Positions 39,586 to 52,374 of a stretch of 64,000 nt of DNA are shown here, piece after piece. Positions within the stretch are counted from its first letter, which is position 1; each line of letters opens with the position of its first letter. The notes under the pieces were generated by a model that did no database searches, was not told the origin of the DNA, and was given only the letters and a program-made list of their open reading frames with translations. The stretch is from Octopus sinensis (Eukaryota). The DNA lies in contig NC_042998.1 in NCBI RefSeq assembly GCF_006345805.1, forward strand, positions 21,948,001-22,012,000. The letters are read 5' to 3'. Made by a program: the position numbers and the translations under genes.

Positions 39586-40002
39586 TATCTTTGCATTTTG
39601 AAATAATAGGCATGTAATAAACACACAGTAAACATGACTGTATATTCTGAGTCTTCCAAATGGATCATAATGTAATCTGTGTATTGTCCTTTGTACACCC
39701 TGATGATTTTCCATCCAAGTTATTTTAAAATGCAAAATTATATATTTATACATGTTTTGTAGTTTTAATTTTGTTTATGAAATGAAACAATTGTAGGTGA
39801 ATATATCAATTAATTAATAAATTATTTTGTATCTATTAGATCTTTCTTAATAATATAATAAACTTAATAATAATATTTGATATTTTACAATATTTTATAC
39901 AATATATTCATTGAAGAAATATTTCTTCAAAATACAATATATTAATCCAGTGTATCTTGGATAAAAATACCCTATAAGAGGTTTGAATATCCTCCTTGTA
40001 AC

Positions 40003-40037
<35 letters not shown>

Positions 40038-41019
40038 TCATGTCTAGAAACTGAGGTTGGGGGAAAGCAAGGGCATGCTCCCTGTACAAAATCTAGCTCC
40101 AAGAAAGCCTCATGATAGCAGGGGAGAATGGGCACCCACCCAAAGTCGCCCAAAGCTGCCCAAAGGTTGGGGTGGGCTGCACCTGCCTACCTCGGTTGCT
40201 ATCGCCTTGAGGTAGATCCGGCTACCCCTGTTAACAGGGACAAAATCCTGATTTAAAACAGTGGATGATGATGATAATATATACACACACACACATACAC
40301 GACAAGCTTCATTTAGTTTCCGTGTATCAAATCCACTCACAAGGCATTTGTTGGTTCAGGGCTATAGTAGAAGACACTTGCCCAAGGAGCCATGTGGTGG
40401 GACTGAACCCAGAACCATGTGGTTGGTAAGCAAGCTTCTTACCACACAGCTGCAGCTGTGCCTGGTCCATTTCCATCTCTCCGGTATTGGATGTGTGATG
40501 GTATACAAGCCTGTGTCTGAAGAACCAATGAGAGAGCCTTTACGTGGTCACCCACTTGACATGCTAGAAATCACAGTTAAAGTTCCTACTCACACACACA
40601 CACACACACTCACACATCTCGAATCACATCCTGCCATCTTGAAAAAGGATGGACACTGGAATAATGCGGCCTTTTGATTATGCTAAAACTGGGAAAAGGA
40701 TATGAATTCGGTTATGGGTCTACTTGATCAAAGCAATAAGAACAGAAGGAACCAGAACAACCACAGGGAGCAGCAGTAGCAGCAGCAGCAGCAGCAAAGC
40801 AAAACAATAGCAACGACTGTAATGTCAACAATTTCATAAATTTTCATCCGCTCAGAATCATTACTAATTTATTGTAAAAAGAAATTCCATCTCTTTTTCT
40901 CTCTCTCTTCCTTCCCCCTCTCTCTGTCTGTCTCTCTTACACACACACACAACACACACACATACATAGATGCATGCATACACACACACATACATACATA
41001 CATACATACATACATACAT

Positions 41020-41730
41020 GTCTTCTACTGTAGCCTCGGGCCGACCAATGCCTTGTGAGTGGATTTGGTAGACGGAAACTGAAAGAAGCCTGTCGTACAT
41101 ATGTATATATATATATATATATGTTTGTGTGTCTGTGTTTGTCCCCTAGCATTGCTTGACAACCGATGCTGGTGTGTTTACGTCCCCGTCACTTAGCGGT
41201 TCGGCAAAAAGAGACCGATAGAATAAGTACTAAGGCTTACAAAGAATAAGTCCAGGGGTCGATTTGCTCGACTAAAGGGGTGCTCCAGCATGGCCACAGT
41301 CAAATGACTGAAACAAGTAAAAGAGTAAAAAAAGAGTATACATACATACATACATACATGGCTGTGAGATAAGAGGTTTACTTTCTAAGTGCATGGTTCC
41401 GGCTTCGGTGCCACTGCATGGCACCTTGACCAAGTGTCTTCTACTTTTGTCTCAGGTCGACTAAATCCTTGTGAACGAAATTAGAAAACGGAAACTGAAA
41501 GAAGCCCATTGAATATTTGTATATATGTGTGTGTGTGTGTATGTACACTTCTCTGTCCCCCACCAGTGCTTGGCAACTTGTGCTGGGCTGTTTATGCCCC
41601 TGTAACTTAGCAGCTCAGCAAAAGAGACTGACAGACAGAGTAAGTGCCAGGCTTAAAAACTGATAAATATTGGGGTCAATTCATTCAAGATGGTACCTCA
41701 GTATGAATGAATCTTAATGACTGAAACAAG
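41020..41730 (+). mobile_element. Two SINE A copies (41020-41330 is 5'-truncated; 41355-41730 is degenerate)
   Basis: Family match. Confidence 0.8.
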
Positions 41731-41778
41731 GAAAATATACATACATACATACATGTATATGTGGTTGTAATATATATA

Positions 41779-41811
<33 letters not shown>

Positions 41812-41838
41812 GAATATATATATATTATATATATATAT

Positions 41839-42063
41839 CTTTACTCTTTTACTGGTTTCAGTCATTTGACTGCAGCCATGCTGGAGCACTGCCTTTAATC
41901 GAGCAAATCGACCCGGGACTTATTCTTTTGTAAGCCCAAGTACTATTCTATCGGTCTCTTTTGCCGAACCGCTAAGTGACGGGGATGCAAACACACCAGC
42001 ATCGGTTGTCAGCAATGCTAGGGAGACAAACACAGACACACAAACACACACATGCATATATAA

Positions 42064-42094
<31 letters not shown>

Positions 42095-42247
42095 CGACGG
42101 GCTTCTTTCAGTTTCCGTCTGCCAAATCCACTCACAAGGCTTTGGTCGGCCCGAGGCTATAGTGGAGGACACTTGCCCACGCAGTGGGACTGAACCCGGA
42201 ACCATGTGGTTGGTAAACAAGCTACTTACCACACAGCCACTCCTGCG

Positions 42248-42249
<2 letters not shown>
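41839..42249 (-). mobile_element. SINE family A
   Basis: Full length. Confidence 0.92.
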
Positions 42250-42279
<30 letters not shown>

Positions 42280-42284
<5 letters not shown>

Positions 42285-42810
42285 TCATCATCATCATTAT
42301 TTAACATCCGCTTTCCATGCTAGCATGGGTTGGACAGTTCGACCGGGGTCTGGGAAACCCGGAGGCTGCACCTGGTTCCAGTCTGATCTGGCAGTGTTGC
42401 TACAGCTGGATGCCCTTCCTAACGCTAACCACTCCGTGAGTGTAGTGGGTTTTTTTTTGCGTGCCACCATCACAGGGGCCAGATGAGGCTGGCAACGGCC
42501 ATAATCGGTTGGTGCTTTTTACGTGCCACCAGCACAGATGCCAGTCATGGTGGCACTGGCATCGGCCACATTCAGATGGTGCTTTTAACGTGCCAATGGC
42601 ACAACTACAATTTCCATTTGATTTTTATTTTTATTTTGACTTTGATGTTGCTGTACTTGACTCAATAGGTCTCCCGAGGCACAGCAGGTAGCCCTACGAT
42701 CCAAGGTAAGCACAGCGGGCCATCCTGCGAGCCATGAACTCACTTCATTTTGTCGAGACTTTGCAGTCACAGCATATCTCCAGAAGTCTTGGTCTTTTGT
42801 CATTGCCTCT
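42280..42810 (-). mobile_element. Family C RTE-3'UTR element
   Basis: Matches 11380-12070. Confidence 0.85.
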
Positions 42811-42822
42811 AATAATATATTT

Positions 42823-43049
42823 CTTTATCACCCACAAGGGGCTAAACATAGAGGGGGCAAACAAGGACAGACAAAGAGATTAAATCGATTACATCGACTC
42901 CAGTGCAATACTGGTACTTAATTTATCGACCCTGAAAGGATGAAAGGCAAAGTCGACCTCGGCGGAATTTGAACTCACAACGTAACGGCAGACGAAATAC
43001 CGCTAAGCATTTCGCCCGGCGTGCTAACGTTTCTGCCAGCTTGCCGCCT
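42823..43049 (-). mobile_element. SINE family B
   Basis: Full length. Confidence 0.9.
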
Positions 43050-43050
43050 C

Positions 43051-43083
<33 letters not shown>

Positions 43084-43144
43084 TAATAATAACAACATCG
43101 AAAAATACCTTAGGAATGAGAACCCAGGTTGGAAATTTCCCCAA

Positions 43145-43190
43145 GACACCTGATGAAGGCTGGAGGGTATACCAGCTGAAACATTGTGTT
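43145..43190 (+). ncRNA. Minimal hammerhead motif, CpG-decayed
   Basis: GACAC-CUGAUGA-A-GGCUGG(AGGGUAUA)CCAGCU-GAA-ACAU-U-GUGUU. Confidence 0.65.
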
Positions 43191-43314
43191 AACAACAAAC
43201 AAGATCCTCATCTTGATCCTCATCAGATACATATATGTGCATGCATCGTGTGTGTATGTGTATGTGTGTGGGGTACATGCGTCTTAATGCATGTGTTAGC
43301 AAGCATTTCCGTAG

Positions 43315-43662
43315 CCGTGGGTGTGGCTGTGTGGTAAGAAATTTGCTTCCCAACCACAAGGTTCTGGGTTCAGACCCACTGTGTGGAACCCTGAGCAAGT
43401 GTCTTCTACTAGAGCAACAAGCCAAGCAAATCTTTCTCAGTGAATTCGGTAGATGGAAACTGAATATTCTTTCATATATATATATATATATATAGGCGCT
43501 GTGGCTGTGTGGCTGTGTGGTAAGTAGCTTTTTTACCAACCACATGGTTCCGGGTTCAGTCCCACTGCGTGGCACCTTGGGCAAGTGTCTTCTACTATAG
43601 CCTCGGGCCGACCAAAGCCTTGTGAGTGGATTTGGTAGACGGAAACTGAAAGAAGCCCGTCG

Positions 43663-43694
<32 letters not shown>

Positions 43695-43985
43695 TATATG
43701 CGTGTCATATACACGTGTGTGTGTGTGTGTTTGAGTTCGTGCCTGAGTTTGTCCCCCACCACTGCTTGGAAACCAGAGCTGGTGTATTTATGTCCCTATA
43801 ACTTAGCAGTTCAGCCGAAGCAACTGATAAAATATGTACCAGGCTTATAAACAAGAAAACCCCCCCCCCCCAAAAAAACAAAAAGAACAATAAGTACTGG
43901 GTTCGAGTCATTTAATTACAAATTCTTCAAGGCGGAGCTTCAGAATGACCACCATCGAATGACTGAAGCAAGTAAAAGGAATAAA
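43315..43985 (+). mobile_element. SINE A 5' fragment plus a full copy from 43495
   Basis: Family match. Confidence 0.85.
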
Positions 43986-44373
43986 GGAATAACGGAATAA
44001 CGGAATAAAGGAATAAAAGAATATTCCAGTCACCATGAAGCCTGTGTATACATCACTCATCTCTTGTGACTAAGTGATTACACGTATGAATAGCATGATG
44101 TGTGATGTATTACAATATCTGATGCCCACAATGAATGCGACCGTGGGAAGGGCAGGGAAGGTTCTGTTTGAAATTTACCATTATATTTTCTGGCAGGTAG
44201 AGATTAAGTCCCGTTTTTCCTTTTTGCTTTGTTTTGGTGAAGTGTAGAATAATATATTGCTATATTTCTGTTTCTTGCCAGCTACGTATTATTTGGTTCT
44301 CTGAGTGACGTTCTCTCCATTATTGGCATGAAACCATGACATAAATGTTTTAAACGCTATAGTTTATGCTTCA

Positions 44374-44413
<40 letters not shown>

Positions 44414-44458
44414 AACACACACACACATATATATACATATGTATTCAAACATACAGTC

Positions 44459-44491
<33 letters not shown>

Positions 44492-44577
44492 AACATATAT
44501 ATACATATATATTCAAACATACAGTCATATATATATATATATATATATTTGTGTGTATGTATATATATATATATGTG

Positions 44578-44990
44578 TACTCTTTTACTTGTTTCAGTCA
44601 TGTGACTGTGGCCATGCTGGAGCACCGCCTTTAGTCGAGCAAATCGACCCCAGGACTTATTCTTTGTAAGCCTAGTACTTATTCTATCGGTCTCTTTTGC
44701 CGAGCCGCTAAGTAAAGGGGACATAAACACATCAACATCAGTTGTCAAGCGATGTTGAGGGGATAAACACAGATACACAAACATGCACACACAAACATAC
44801 ACACACACACATATATATACATATATACGACGGGCTTCTTTCAGTTTCCGTCTACCAAATCTACTCACAAGGCTTTGGTCGGCCCGAGGCTATAGTAGAA
44901 GACACTTGCCCAAGGTGCTATGCAGTGGGACTGAACCCTGAACCATGTAGTTCGTAAGCAAGCTACTTACCACACAGCCACTCCTACGCC
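44578..44990 (-). mobile_element. SINE family A
   Basis: Full length. Confidence 0.92.
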
Positions 44991-45235
44991 TATGTCTGTA
45001 TATATATATATATATATATATATTATAAAATAAATTATAATTTAGGGTATCTAAGAGATACCACCACACTGAAAATAGCAGCCAAAACCTGACTCTAAAA
45101 CTACATTAATTGTTCATACAGCACCAGGAGAGAAGGCAAAGAGACAAAATAAGGTTTTTATTCCCATGTTGGCCACTTGATAAGATCGATATTTGAATAA
45201 CGATCTTATCCTTATATAAATATATATATATATAC

Positions 45236-45320
<85 letters not shown>

Positions 45321-45509
45321 CATATAAAATCTGTATATATATATATACGACAAGCTTCTTTCAGTTTCCATTTACCAAATCTCCTCAGAGGCTTTGGTTG
45401 GCCCGAGGTTTTAGTAGAAGACACTTGCCCAAGGTGCCACACAGTGGGACTGAACCCAGAACCATGTGGTTGGTAAGCAAGCTACTTACCAGACGGCCAC
45501 TCCTGCACC

Positions 45510-45540
<31 letters not shown>

Positions 45541-46386
45541 TATATATATATACACACACATAAATATATACACACACACATCCATTTTACTTTACTAACA
45601 TAAATCAGAAAAGTAGGTCACCCTGAGAAAATGCCAATTTACATACATACATACATATATGTGTGATATACACATATTAAAATGCATTCATATATGTCCA
45701 TATGTACACATATGCACACATACACACACACACATTCATATATATTGACTGGTTTTTCATTGGCTGTTTCTTGTCTTTGTGAGGGAGAGAAATATCTTGT
45801 TAAGAGTCCATTCCGTTTTTTAAATTTTTTTCATTTTGAGAAATAAATGAAATGTAGTGAAGTGAAGTGAAGTGAAGTGAAGTGAAGTGGAGTACATCAT
45901 ATAATCTTTATATATATATTTAATTTGATTTCCTGATTTCTGTAGCTTTCATTTGCAACTATAAAGTCCTTAATACTCAACGATAGAGGCTGCTATTTCG
46001 ATTTTTGGGTGTGTGGGAGGAATCTCTCCAGCATGAAATAATTAAGGGTATATTAATTACATTAATTTACATTAAAATATGAGCACATTTTGGGAAAGAT
46101 TTTAGGTAGAAGTTGATGGTTGTCTGCAGAAAATATTTAAAGGTACATGCTCACAAACACACACACAAATTGACCATAGTATATGTGTGTGTATATATAT
46201 ATATATTGTGTACTTTTCTAATTTTTCCTCTCATCTTATCATCCCATTTTTAGTTTGTTATGCCATGTGGGCAGTGTCTGATAATTGTGCTAGGACACCA
46301 GACATGTTAGAAAATATGTTTGCCATGCTCTCAGCACATGAAATTAATAGTAGCACATAGCTACATAAAATAGTGTTTATTAAATA

Positions 46387-46417
<31 letters not shown>

Positions 46418-46436
46418 TATTCATTATATAGAAGGA

Positions 46437-46484
46437 GCTTCTACAGGACTAGTACTGTTTCATTCAGAGAAATCTTCAGGAAGC
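46437..46484 (-). ncRNA. Type I hammerhead motif (left arm)
   Basis: GCUUC-CUGAAGA-UUUC(UCU)GAAU-GAA-ACAG(UACUAGUC)CUGU-A-GAAGC. Confidence 0.7.
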
Positions 46485-47189
46485 GTTATTGGTTTGTATA
46501 TATAGACTAGCTCATAAAGTGTAGACAGAATCTGTAGGTACGAGTACGTATGTGTATATACGTGAACGTATGTAGATGTTTGTATGTATGAATATACAGG
46601 CGGAGTACGTGTATGGTATGAGTGTACGAATGGGTGTATGTACGTGCTAATGATGTGCGTGCGGGAACGAGTACTTGCCTTTAGTAGACAGACAATGGGA
46701 CATGCTGCCATCGCCAGGATCCTTAGCCCTAGCGATCAAAGATAACAAAAGTAATAAATGAAGATAATAAAATTAAAATTGGGAAAGGGCCTGTATTGAT
46801 TGTGTTATATACTATATATATATATATAGATGTATGTGTGTATGTGTAGGTATGTATAGGCACACATGTGTACGTATGTGTGTGTGTATGTATATGTGTT
46901 TATGTATGTATGTGCACACATTTTATTTTTTATTTTTTTATTTTTTATTTTTTTATTTTATTTTATTTTTTATTTTATTTTATTTTATTTTTTTATTTTT
47001 ATTTTTTATTTTTTATTTTTTATTTTTATTTTATTTTTTTATTATCTATTCTTTCATCTAACTTACCACTGACTCCTTGACCACTCCCCCAAGTATGATA
47101 TTTTGCGCTATGCCTACCCCCAAAAAAGTCCCCCACCACACTCCTTTAAACATGCCTAAAGGTATAAAAGCTAATTACAATTTGTTAAA

Positions 47190-47240
47190 AGCTTCCTGAA
47201 GATTTCTCTTGAATGAAACAGTACTAGTCCTGTAGAAGCT
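47190..47240 (+). ncRNA. Type I hammerhead motif (right arm)
   Basis: AGCUUC-CUGAAGA-UUUC(UCUU)GAAU-GAA-ACAG(UACUAGUC)CUGU-A-GAAGCU. Confidence 0.7.
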
Positions 47241-47869
47241 CCTTCTATATAATAAATTAATTTTACTCTGCTATGATGAGTACCTTACTTACTGTGGTTA
47301 CCCCGGATCAACCCGGGACCTACATATATATATATATATATATATATTCATGAAGGTGCATGGTCTGGTGGTTAAGGTGTTGTGCTATTGATCTAGTGAT
47401 CATGGTTTCAATTCTTGGGTCAAGTGGGGTATTGTGGTTTTGAGCAAAACACTTCATTTCATGTTGCTCCTGTCCACTCAACTATAAATAGGTACCATAG
47501 TAGCCTTCCGATTAGGGCGAATGCTGGCCTTCTGGCCAAGCCAGTATGATTGATTCTACATACTTTATAGTCACATGGCTTTTTGATGGATTTCAGAGTT
47601 GATTATGATATTTTAATTTTTGTGAAGGTTATAATTAGTAGTAGTGGATAATTACTAGGCAGTAAGGACCATGTGGTTATTAAAAGAAGTAGTCACCTGT
47701 ACTTTAAATTCTTCTAATTTATTATTATTGCTTAAAGTGTTTTTAGGTTATGTTATATTGTAAATCACCGCATATAAATATGCAACAATATGAGACCATA
47801 ACCCATGGCCTATGCCAGTGGTGTATAACCAGCCCACTTATGAGTACCCTTCAGTCATTGGACAATAAA

Positions 47870-48625
47870 CTTGACTTGCGTAGACCTGTTGAGGCAAGTG
47901 AAATCAAAATCAAAATCAAAATCAAAATCGCTGATGTGGCCAATGACAGTACTGCCTGATTGGCACTTGTGCCAATGGAATGTTAAAAGCACCATTTGAG
48001 TATGACCGTTGCCAGGGTCACTGGCTGGCTCTCGTGCCAATAGCATGTAAAAAGCACCATTCGATTGTGATCATTGCCGGCATCCCCTTACTGGCACGTG
48101 CTGGTGGCACATGAAAAACAACATTCGATTGTGATCATTGCCAGCATCCCCTTACTGGCACATGAAAAACAACATTCGATTGTGATCATTGCCAGCATCC
48201 CCTTACTGGCACATGAAAAACAACATTCGATTGTGATCATTGCCAGCATCCCCTTACTGGCACATGAAAAACAACATTTGATTGTGATCATTGCCAGCAT
48301 CCCCTTACTGGCACATGAAAAACAACATTCGAGTGTGGTTGTTGCCAGTGCTGCCGGACTGGCTCCTGTGCAGGTGACACATAAAAAACACCTTTTGAGC
48401 GTGGTCATTGCCAGTACTGCCTGACTGGCCCTCGAGCTGGTGGCACGTAAAAGCATCCACTACACTCTCGGAGTGGTTGATGTTAGGAAGGGCATCCAGC
48501 TGTAGAAACTTTGCCAGATCAGATTGGAACCTGGTGCAGCCTTCTGGCTCACCAGTCCACAGTCAGACCGTCCAAACCATGCTAACATGGAAAGCGGATG
48601 TTAAACTATGATGATGATGATGCTG
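47870..48625 (+). mobile_element. Family C RTE-3'UTR element with an internal 51-bp tandem repeat (about 5 copies, 48058-48340)
   Basis: Unit ATTCGATTGTGATCATTGCCAGCATCCCCTTACTGGCACATGAAAAACAAC; (GAT)n tail. Confidence 0.88.
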
Positions 48626-48974
48626 ATGCAGTTAATGTGATTGAAACACATGTCGGACAATTATTATGAATAAGCTAAATGGAAATAAACATAAAGCTTC
48701 AATGTTCAGATTCTTCATTCTCCTTATTTTTGAAATTGTACTTTACACTCTAAGTAGCCAAGTAATAAACTGTAACATTGTCAGTGAACAGGTTGCGGTC
48801 TCAAAGTGACGAAAATATTTTGGCAAATTAAATTTAAATGTTGAAGTGAATCTAACGGTTTTTTGTGTGTTTCTTAAATGGCTTATAAATGCCTTCCATG
48901 CTGCAATTGTTTTTGTTCCAGCACACGATCTCAGATCAGGTCACTTGCTATGCAAGTACATCTCCGTAATATAT

Positions 48975-49305
48975 GGTGGTGACCCCCTTCGGTCAGACAC
49001 TGACCATGGGTTTTGCACCTAGAGAGTTACCCTCTGGGCACAAGTCTGGGCAAGGTTGTTTTATGGAAGACCAGCAGTCGCCCATGCATACCGGCTTCCC
49101 CTCTCCACATCACCGATGTTGTCCAAGGGAAAGGCAAGGGCCGATACAGCTTGGCACCTGTGACGTCACAACTCATTTCTACAGCTGAGTGAACTGGAGC
49201 AACGTGAAATAAAGTGTCTTGCTCAAGAACACAACACGCAGCCTGGTCCGAGATTCGAGCTCACGATCGTAAGCTCGACGCTCTAACCACTGTGCCACGA
49301 GCCTC
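48975..49305 (-). mobile_element. SINE family E
   Basis: tRNA-like head GGCTCGTGGCACAGTGGTTAGAGCG..CTCGAATCTC; CTTGAGCAAGACACTT domain. Confidence 0.8.
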
Positions 49306-49346
49306 CATTCCGTAATATATATATATATATATATATATGGTACATG

Positions 49347-49633
49347 GATGGGATGCTGAATGCACTTTTACCAAAGTACAAGATGTCGAAGACAAGAAAC
49401 CGAATGGACATAAAGCTGAATGGACAAAATGTTGAAAAGACTCATGGAAATTGAAATTTAATCTCGTTAAATCTTAAATGCCAAATTGGTCATTAAACTA
49501 TGTAGGTAGGAATGTTTATTTTTTTTTTTTCCATTGTGTCCATTTGGTTTTATGCCTGTTCGGCATTGTGTTCCATTCGGCTTTTTGGCTTCAGCTTCTT
49601 GTCCTTTGTCAAAAGCACATCCGGCATCTTGTC
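49347..49633. mobile_element. MITE-like element with ~35 bp TIRs and internal short subrepeats
   Basis: GATGCTGAATGCACTTTTACCAAAGTACAAGA versus reverse complement of TCTTGTCCTTTGTCAAAAGCACATCCGGCATC. Confidence 0.55.
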
Positions 49634-49664
49634 TGCGCACGATATATATATATATGTATGTATG

Positions 49665-49837
49665 TATACTTTATTTAAAAGCAGCAGAAATATAACAATA
49701 GCTGTTACTCAGAGCTTCACGTTTCCGTTCGTTGGGCAGTTTTGTTAAAATAGAAAAAAAAACTGTCAGGCGAACGGGAACATGAAACTCTGAGTAACAG
49801 CTTTTGTTATATTTCTGCTGCTTTTAAATAAAGCATA
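49665..49837. repeat. Inverted repeat (~79 bp arms) with HHR-shaped motifs at 49702-49739 (-) and 49763-49800 (+)
   Basis: Near-perfect reverse-complement arms. Confidence 0.9.
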
Positions 49838-49983
49838 TTACTCTACCTCTGGTATTTGAGTACTCTTTTTTCCACCTTGTTTCACATTTATGTGCTTACT
49901 CCACTATATATATACATAGACACACAGACATACCTACATACATATATGTTTGTGTATAGGTATATATATATATATATATTTAA

Positions 49984-50051
49984 ACCACCTGATGAATGAC
50001 TGTAACTCGAAAATTTAAAGAAATTAACAGCCATGAAACGATCGTAGTGTT
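49984..50051 (+). ncRNA. Type I hammerhead motif
   Basis: CAC-CUGAUGA-AUGACUGU...ACAGCCAU-GAA-ACGAUCGU-A-GUG. Confidence 0.7.
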
Positions 50052-50175
50052 ATATTAATTATATCTTTTAAATAATTTTGTTATATATTTAAATAATATA
50101 AATTAAATAATCTTATGTATTGGCTTAAGTTTTTCATTGTATGATTTGCCTAACAGTGGTTTTATCTCTAATTTA

Positions 50176-50229
<54 letters not shown>

Positions 50230-51564
50230 AGTGTATATGTGTATATGTATGTACACACACACACCACACACACACACATAGCTCTTAATTGAATCCTGCC
50301 AGCAGGTTCCATATTGCATATTAACCGATTCCACTTTGTTGCAAGCCATTCAGATCCAGGTCTCTGCTGTGTCAACGACTGCCTCTCTCTCTCTCTTCCT
50401 TCCCACCATTCTTGGAAACCTTGCAAAAGAGTCACATGTACTGTTCTCCCTCCTTAGAAGACTGCACCATTAATAAACGCAACAATGACAGGATAACAGC
50501 AACAACAACAAAAACAAAAAAGATCCAACAACAACAATAAACAAGACGAGCAACAATAACAATAACAACAGCAGTTTTCATTTTGCCATTTTCTCTTAAC
50601 TACGATTTTTTTCCTTCCTCGTTTCACTTTGTATTACTCAGCCTTATTTTATCACCTGATAGCAATTATGTATATGTATTCAGTCCGTAACCAAAGGATC
50701 TGCTTAGAGCTTTGATGAACAATTATATAAAGTCAACCCAGCTGTTATATGCTGTCACTTGGACGCGTCTTACATTTGTCTGTGACAGTTTCAAGCAATG
50801 TTGGTCCTTGCGAGGACTACATTTAAATGTTGACGCTTTTCAGGGACGTTAACAACTTTAGGCTTTTTCTACTTGGCTTATTTTCTTGCCATTTTACCAT
50901 TTTACAGCTGTTTCACTTTGTTAAAAAAAACTGTGCAGCAGGACACACACACACAAACATATATATACATATACACACATATATAAATGGATGTGTGAAT
51001 TTTTCCCTTGTTAACAATTAACATGGAAAAAATAGATAAATAGATAAATCACACAAGTAAAAAGGTTGTAACTCCTTGCTTTTAAAGGTAGAAACATATA
51101 TATATACATACACACACATAAATAAATATGCATGATAGGTTTCTTTTAGTTTCTGTCTATCAAATTCCCTGACAAGGTTTTAGTCTGCCCAGGACTATGA
51201 CAGAAGGCATTTACCCAAGGTACCATGTGCGGGGACGAGAATCTAACCTGAAAACATGTCGGCTGGAAACAGAGCTTCTTAACCATACAGCAACGCCTCT
51301 GCATACTTACAGACATAGAAATACACTGACATACTTCCATATGTCCCGTAGACGTATACAAATAACATTACCCATTATTGTCAACAGTAAAGAATAATTA
51401 CATATTTGTTTAATTAAGCTAGATAAAATCTCATTATATCTAATGAACTTTCTCTGTACTTCATTCTATTTTGCTCAGTCTAATACGAGGTCAAGCAAAC
51501 ACTCGTTAACTTTCGTATTGACCATAAATCTGTAACACAAAATCCAAGAATGCATCTCGTAGAC

Positions 51565-51834
51565 CAGTGGTTCCCAAACTTTTTCAGGCTGCTGCTCCCT
51601 TGGCACCTGGGCCACATTTCTACTACCACCCATCCCCATTCACCAACACCATCACAAACATAGACCGCTTTCTGCAGCAAATTCAAAACAATTATATTTC
51701 ATAAATAAAACTTAATCTAATTGACCCATTATTCTTTTATTTTTTTACATCACCCATTTTTCTTCAACACCCCACTGTATCTCCCCCAATCCCATCCCAA
51801 GGGGTCACTGTACAGCTCACTTGGGGAACCACAG
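51565..51834. mobile_element. hAT (Charlie-like) MITE
   Basis: CAGTGGTTCCCAA...TGGGGAACCACAG; 8-bp TSD TCGTAGAC/TCATAGAT. Confidence 0.75.
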
Positions 51835-51944
51835 TCATAGATTAAGCCTTCTCTTCAGAGTCAAAAAAAAAAATTATTTTGTTTTATAGGCACAAGGCCT
51901 GAAATTTGAGGAAAAGGGGCTTGTTGATTACATTGACCCAGTAA

Positions 51945-52165
51945 TAAAGGCAGTGAGCTGGCAGAGATGTTAGCACACTGGGTAAAATGCTTAGCAGTAT
52001 TTTGTCTGTCTTTATGTTCCGAGTTCAAATTCCGAGAAGGTCAACTGTGCCTTTCATCCTTTCGGGGTCAATAAATTGTGTACCAGTTGCATAGTGGGGT
52101 TGATCTAATCAACTGGCTGCCTCCCCCAAAATTTCAGGCCTTGTGCCTAGGGCAGAAAAGAATAT
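51945..52165 (+). mobile_element. SINE B variant
   Basis: Family match. Confidence 0.8.
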
Positions 52166-52374
52166 TGATTTTGAGAAAGGTGGCGAGCTGGCAGAAACGT
52201 TAGCACGTTGGGCGAATTGCAGTAGCACACCTGTTTCTGTCTTCATTCCTGATCTTTCTCTCTCTGGCCAGGTAACCTTGTACTTCCTCTACAGCAAGGC
52301 ACCTATATGTGTCTCACTATAACCTTTTCATCATCACCTTTTCCAATACCTTCTCCCCTCTTAAAAGTTTTTGT

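Larger units (their letters stand above)
46423..47253. mobile_element. ~830 bp element bounded by ~62 bp near-perfect inverted repeats, each forming an HHR
   Basis: 46423-46484 versus 47191-47253. Confidence 0.85.

Noticed and set aside
48058-48340. CRISPR-like or coding 17-aa repeat
   Set aside because: Contiguous 51-bp tandem units without unique spacers, inside an RTE-tail element in eukaryotic DNA.
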